NCBI GenBank assembly: GCA_002104945.1
Contig: MCFH01000013.1
Location: forward strand, 868,001 to 932,000
Reading direction: 5' to 3'
DNA from: Piromyces finnis finn
Taxonomy: Eukaryota > Fungi > Neocallimastigomycota
Length of the DNA: 64,000 bases
Numbering within the stretch: the first letter of the stretch is position 1; each line of letters begins with the position of its first letter. Positions 58,497 through 64,000 of this stretch are shown one piece after another. A program made the translations under genes and the position numbers. A model generated the notes under the pieces. The model was not told where the DNA came from. It saw only the letters and a list, made by a program, of their open reading frames with translations, and made no database searches.

Positions 58497-59279
58497 GAAA
58501 AAAAAAAAAAAAAAATTCTTTTTTTATTAACAAAATGTCTTTTTTTTTTTTTTTTTCCATAGTAATATTTTGAATGATAAAGAATAATTATTACTACTAA
58601 AATAATGATAATAATGAAATAAAAGGAAGGATAATAATGAAATATAAAAAAAATAATAATAAAATAAAAATAATTATGATTTTTTTTTTTTTTAAATATG
58701 ATAACTATATTTTAATGGTACACTTTTATAATTAGTTTGTGACGACATAGGTATTTAATTCAAAAGTAAAAAATGAAAAACCTATAGATTTATTTTTAAA
58801 TAGTTAATATTATTTTATTAGTATTATTATTATTATAATTATTAGTATAGTAGTTGTATATATTAAAAGGTTATTTATATAAAGGATATATTAATATTTT
58901 ATGATTGTTATTATATTATTGATAATAGTTTGTTATATATATATATATATTAAAATTATTATTATTAGTTTATATAATAATAAAGATAATTATTATTATT
59001 ATTATTATTATTTTGTTAAAATGATATTAAAAGATGAGATGTTGTATAGTTATATTATTTAGATAGATTATTTATATATAATTTTTTTTTTTTTTTTTTC
59101 TTTTTTTTCTTTTTTTTTTTTTATAAAGTATATATAAAAAAAAGATAATAATAATAAAAAAGAATTTAAAAAAAAGAAAAAAATAATAATATGACTATAG
59201 TATTAAAATCAAAAAAATAGTATTTTTATTATATATTTTTTTTTTTTTTTTTTTAAAAAAACACTTCAATATAATTTGA

Positions 59280-62200
59280 TTATGAAATTGATCGTCTATT
59301 AGTGCTCACTACAGATATTCTAGAGGAAGGTGATTTACAAACATTAATGGTGTTAGCTATTGGTGAAGAACGATTTATTATAGAAGAAGAGGAGGCTGAT
59401 TCAATGTTTGACATAGAATGTGAAATATGTTTTAATTTTGAGATATCAGTATAATATGATTCTTTACTTAATTTTAATCCAATTTCTGTATTTGTTGACA
59501 TTGAAGTGAAGGAACTATGCTTTTTTCCATCAAGTTTTAACTCTGTTTTAGCTTCATTTGCATATTCACCCTCAGAAGGAATTGGTGGAAGTCCTTTATT
59601 TGCATTAGATATTTTTTTTATATTGTCATTTTTGTTTTGGGCTTTACTTTGATGACTTTGACTTTGCTTCTTAGTAAAGATTTTACTACCAGATTCTAAA
59701 ATTAATGACATGGTCTTCTTAATTCCAGACTTTTTAGAATGAACCTTTATAATTTTTGGTTCTTTACGACCTCCGGTAATAGTAGCTATTTTTTCCTTTG
59801 GCTTACTTTCTGGTATAATTTTATATTTATTATCCTCACTTTTACTTGCACTGATGTTACTCAAATTACTAAGATTAGAATATCTACGAATAACTCTAAC
59901 TTCTTCACCAATTAGAGGACTTGTTCTGGAACTCATATATGGACTAGTTCTAGAACTCATATATGGACTGGTTCTAGTGCTCATATATGGACTGGTTTTA
60001 GAGGCCATGTATGGACTAGTTTTTGTACCATAAATTGGTGTACTATTCGTTCTGATAGCTTTCTTTATAATACGATGTGGTGGTGGAAGAGATTTATCAA
60101 TTATTATATGACTATGACTGTGACTATCAATACTAATTGGATTTGAATTAATTGATGAAAAACTAGTATTTACAAAATCGCTTCTACTTCTAATACTAAT
60201 ACGTTCAGATTTACGATCTTTTTCACGATCGTAAAATTCATCAATACTACTACGAATTGAACCGAGATAACTAGTATTATCAACTTCTTCATGGTTAATG
60301 TAATAGTTTATATTACTATCTGATTGATCATCATTTGTTCCAACAATAGAACTGATATAACTGTGTTCAATAGGTCTGTAGCTTTCTCTTTCAGAATTAA
60401 AATCAGCATCAGCTTCATTTGAATTAACAGATATAATAGTATTGGCTATTTTTCCATTGTCGGTTAATTCATTTTTAATATTTTCAATGTGGAATGAAAA
60501 ATTATCATAGATAAATGAATCAAAATTGCATTCACTGTATCTGTTATACTTATTGTTTCTTGAAATTATACTTTGATTATCAAGATGATAGGTTGATATT
60601 GATGAATAACGTCTATTTTCAATATCAAGCATCTTTTTAGCATATGCTTCTGGATTATATTTTACATAAACAACATTTCCTTCTTTATTTGATAATTCTG
60701 TTTGGTTATCTTGATCAATTTCTTCATACTGTTCAAGTTGTTCAGGTTGTTGCTTATATTGATCAATTTCTTCATACTGTTCAAGTTGTTCAGGTTGTTG
60801 TTTATATTGATCAATTTCTTCATATTGTTCAAGTTGTACAGGTTGTGGTTCATATTGATCAATTTCTTCATACTGTTCAAGTTGTTCAGGTTGTTTATCT
60901 TGATCAATTTCTTCATATTGTTCAAGTTGTACAGATTGTGGTTCATATTGATCAATTTTTTCGTATTGTTCAAGTTGTTCAAGCTGTTCAATTTGATTAT
61001 AATGTTCATATTGCTCAGTTTGTTCATGTTCAGTTTTTTCATATTCAGTCATTTCACCATTTTCTTCGACCTTTTTATCATTATTTTGAATAGAGTTTTC
61101 ATATTTAGTACATTCAGTTTGCTTACTTTGCTCATATGATTCAGAATATTCAGAATGCTCAGTTTGTTGAGATTGTTTAAATTCATATTTTTCATGATCA
61201 TAATAATTAGTTTTTTCAGTTTGGATAAATTCATTATCTCCGAATTTAAATTGCTCATTTTCAGGTTCCTTAGCTTTATATTGCTTAGATGGCTCATCTT
61301 CAGATTCATTTATATATTCATTGATTACACTTTCATTAAAATGGTGAGTATCAATAATATTGATATCTTTATCCTTATCATCATGTATATTATTATTTAT
61401 ATTTTGGATATTTTCTAATTCATCACCACTATTTTGTTCTCTGTTTAAATCCTCATTTTCTGTATGTAAGACATCTATTTTTTCTTCATTTTCATTTATT
61501 TCATTCTTCTGGATAGTTTGCCTATCTTCTTCATTATCAGAATACTTTATTACTGAGCTACTTTTATTAATAGAAAAAGATGTATCTTCTGAATTGCTTA
61601 TAGTACTAATATTATTTAACTTACTCTTATCTTTTGTATAATTATTAAAATTATTATTATTATTATTAGTATGATTTATGATATTAAATCTAAAACTGCT
61701 ACTATAGCTTCTGCTACGATTAATAAGACCCTTGTCATTATTATTACAGTTTTTATTAGATATACTATTACTTCTGAAAGATTTTTTGTTATTATCACCC
61801 AAATGTTGATAATCATTAGAGAATCTATTATTATTTGATTTCTTTTTAAAGAAATTAGAAAATCCTGAACGTCTTTTGTTATAATAGGAACCATTATCTG
61901 TTACTTGTGATGATGCTGATGACGCTATGGATAGATTATTGCTATTATATACAATAGGGAAGCTACTACTCATATATCCATAATTTATATTAGGATCAAA
62001 GCATCCACTATTTCTATTTAAACTATCATTTCTGAAAATATCATTTGAATAATTTTTTCTTGTATTATCGTAAGAAAAACTATGATTAATGATTCCATCA
62101 TAATTATTAGAGTTTTGATATTCATTAGTACAACTATTACTACGAGGTATTGGATCAAAGCCATACATTGTGTTTATTGTAGGTTGACTATTAGGATAAA

Positions 62201-63992
62201 GATATTGATTTGGAATATTACTTCTAACATTTAATTCACTTCTTATATTTTGTGAACCACCAATAGTATTACTTCTAGTGATACTAGATTCTCCATTGTA
62301 TGAATTCGTATTTTCTACGATGTCATGATAATATAAATTTTCATCATAACTACTATATCCATTATCCAGTGATTTTCCATAATAATCATTATCTGCGTAT
62401 TCCTGACTAGAATAAGAATATTGTGATAAAGATGGATTAATCAATGGAGGAGGAGGAGAAATAATATGAACAGGTGTTGATATGGTATTTTCAGTAGGAT
62501 AATAAAGATTATTCATAGAAGTTGCCATAATATTTCCTGTATATGGAGAAGGTGTTGAATAGTTTGAATTATAACTATTTTGGCGAATAGTAATACCATT
62601 ACTGTAGGTAAATGATTGAGGAGATATTGGTGAAGGTATTGCGCTTGGAATGGTGGCTGAATTTATTGATTGTGGTTGAATCATCGCTGGGTTAGGAGGA
62701 TGTGGAATTTGTGGTTGAACAACATTAGTATCGTAGATTACACCTATTTGTGTAGAACTTTGGGGTGTATTACTTCTTTTCATTGGATACATAACATCCA
62801 TATAATATGGATATATTGGTTGAATAGGGGTTTGACTTGGATATGTAACCTGTTGTTGATAATATGGAACTGGATATTGGCCTTGAGGATAACCGTTAGA
62901 ATTGACAGGATAGGATGGTAAAGAAACTGTTTTATGTTTAAAGAGCTGATTAGAAGAATCAACCATTTGTTGATTTCGTTTGGTTTGATATGCTATAGAA
63001 ATTGATTTGGATTGTTTTATTTCATTGTTAGATTCTGCTAAATTTTCAGGTGTTTCAATAACTGGGCCCATTTTATTATTATAGCCATTATAACTAAATC
63101 TATTTGGTACATTAAGATTGTTATTATTAGATGAAGTACGTTTTGGTATAAATTGTTGTACAAAATTGGAAGATGTACGGTTTGGAATGTATTGTTGATT
63201 GGTATCCTGAGATAATGGCTTTTCTTTTATCGAATTGTTACGTAAATTTTGTGGTACTTTATTCATTTGAACAGGTGACGAATGAATTGTATTTCTTTTC
63301 GATATTTGAATTGGTGATGAATGAAGTGGCTTATCATTAATCACTTCATTAGACCTTTCTGTAAAATTATTTTTATTTGTATTGTTGTCACTTTTAAAGA
63401 AATCACCATTTTCAAACTTTTGATGGTATTTATGAAGGAAACTTGGTATAGAAGAAAAATATTTTGTTGGTTTACTTTTAATTGATGATTTTTGTTCATT
63501 TTCACTGTCTTCTATTTTAAATTTAATGTTATTGAAGGTGTTCATTGTTCTTGAGTAATCAGAATCATTTTTATTATCAGAACGATTAATATATGAATAC
63601 CGATTTTTATACTCGTTATCTGAACCACCACGATATGAATTACATTGTTCATTTCTACTTTTAAATGATTGTATAGAATTTCTAGGTTCTATTCTATGAT
63701 TATCTCTATTTTGAGAAAGCTTTAAATCAGAAATTTCCGACTCTGAAGAATAGATAGAAGAAGTAGAAATACCTACTGGATATTTATAAGACTCAATTAT
63801 TTTACCATTATCTAATTTATAACTACCCTCGGAAGTTGGAATTGATGAAGATGAAATTCTTTTTCCCATATAATTTTTATCTGGAACATTTAAATATTCT
63901 GAAGATGATTTTCTATATAATAATGAATTATCCTGACTACGCTTTGGTTCATATTCATTTTTGTCACGTGGTGATTGTGTAGGGGTTAGCAT
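59280..63992 (-). CDS. Large Ser/Asn/Pro-rich, probably disordered protein with internal repeats; may extend upstream of the window
   Basis: Uninterrupted 1570-codon ORF in very stop-rich DNA. No recognisable folded domain; frame is open at the window edge. Confidence 0.75.
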   Translation of the reverse strand: MLTPTQSPRDKNEYEPKRSQDNSLLYRKSSSEYLNVPDKNYMGKRISSSSIPTSEGSYKLDNGKIIESYKYPVGISTSSIYSSESEISDLKLSQNRDNHRIEPRNSIQSFKSRNEQCNSYRGGSDNEYKNRYSYINRSDNKNDSDYSRTMNTFNNIKFKIEDSENEQKSSIKSKPTKYFSSIPSFLHKYHQKFENGDFFKSDNNTNKNNFTERSNEVINDKPLHSSPIQISKRNTIHSSPVQMNKVPQNLRNNSIKEKPLSQDTNQQYIPNRTSSNFVQQFIPKRTSSNNNNLNVPNRFSYNGYNNKMGPVIETPENLAESNNEIKQSKSISIAYQTKRNQQMVDSSNQLFKHKTVSLPSYPVNSNGYPQGQYPVPYYQQQVTYPSQTPIQPIYPYYMDVMYPMKRSNTPQSSTQIGVIYDTNVVQPQIPHPPNPAMIQPQSINSATIPSAIPSPISPQSFTYSNGITIRQNSYNSNYSTPSPYTGNIMATSMNNLYYPTENTISTPVHIISPPPPLINPSLSQYSYSSQEYADNDYYGKSLDNGYSSYDENLYYHDIVENTNSYNGESSITRSNTIGGSQNIRSELNVRSNIPNQYLYPNSQPTINTMYGFDPIPRSNSCTNEYQNSNNYDGIINHSFSYDNTRKNYSNDIFRNDSLNRNSGCFDPNINYGYMSSSFPIVYNSNNLSIASSASSQVTDNGSYYNKRRSGFSNFFKKKSNNNRFSNDYQHLGDNNKKSFRSNSISNKNCNNNDKGLINRSRSYSSSFRFNIINHTNNNNNNFNNYTKDKSKLNNISTISNSEDTSFSINKSSSVIKYSDNEEDRQTIQKNEINENEEKIDVLHTENEDLNREQNSGDELENIQNINNNIHDDKDKDINIIDTHHFNESVINEYINESEDEPSKQYKAKEPENEQFKFGDNEFIQTEKTNYYDHEKYEFKQSQQTEHSEYSESYEQSKQTECTKYENSIQNNDKKVEENGEMTEYEKTEHEQTEQYEHYNQIEQLEQLEQYEKIDQYEPQSVQLEQYEEIDQDKQPEQLEQYEEIDQYEPQPVQLEQYEEIDQYKQQPEQLEQYEEIDQYKQQPEQLEQYEEIDQDNQTELSNKEGNVVYVKYNPEAYAKKMLDIENRRYSSISTYHLDNQSIISRNNKYNRYSECNFDSFIYDNFSFHIENIKNELTDNGKIANTIISVNSNEADADFNSERESYRPIEHSYISSIVGTNDDQSDSNINYYINHEEVDNTSYLGSIRSSIDEFYDREKDRKSERISIRSRSDFVNTSFSSINSNPISIDSHSHSHIIIDKSLPPPHRIIKKAIRTNSTPIYGTKTSPYMASKTSPYMSTRTSPYMSSRTSPYMSSRTSPLIGEEVRVIRRYSNLSNLSNISASKSEDNKYKIIPESKPKEKIATITGGRKEPKIIKVHSKKSGIKKTMSLILESGSKIFTKKQSQSHQSKAQNKNDNIKKISNANKGLPPIPSEGEYANEAKTELKLDGKKHSSFTSMSTNTEIGLKLSKESYYTDISKLKHISHSMSNIESASSSSIINRSSPIANTINVCKSPSSRISVVSTNRRSIS
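59917..60025 (-). repeat. Coding 24-nt tandem repeat (TSPYMSSR octapeptide)
   Basis: ggact recurs at 59917, 59941, 59965, 59989 and 60013. Confidence 0.9.
60700..60990 (-). repeat. Coding tandem repeat of about 45-48 nt (EQLEQYEEIDQYKQQP)
   Basis: About six imperfect units read in the protein and in the DNA (tgatcaatttcttcatactgttcaagttgttcagg). Confidence 0.9.
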
Positions 63993-64000
63993 AGCTGAAG

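Overview
Extremely AT-rich, intron-containing eukaryotic genomic DNA with many (AAT)n/poly-Asn tracts. Composition and gene content (myosin-fused chitin synthase, GH114, fungal-type CSL, fused NADH-GOGAT) suggest an anaerobic gut fungus (Neocallimastigomycota); this is inference, not a database result. Genes in order: class V-type chitin synthase (+, 5' partial); At4g15545-like coiled-coil protein (-); RNase H2 subunit B (-), divergent from RPS9 (+); a full-length, apparently young non-LTR retrotransposon (12388-18081); a hypothetical Asn-rich protein; a GPI-type GH114 hydrolase; Cdt1; an LRR-TM-SH3 receptor-like protein; a CSL (Su(H)/LAG-1) transcription factor; a sugar-porter MFS protein with a very large central loop; GLT1; an ERI1-family SAP-DEDDh exonuclease; and a large disordered repeat protein. 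The retrotransposon has a 12-bp target-site duplication, a poly(A) tail and a single RRM-like/APE/RT/CCHC ORF. The strongest novelty candidate is its 5' end: two 124-bp tandem modules, each folding into three hairpins, where all four differences between the copies preserve base pairing. No rRNA, tRNA or CRISPR array could be supported. Exon boundaries were read by eye.
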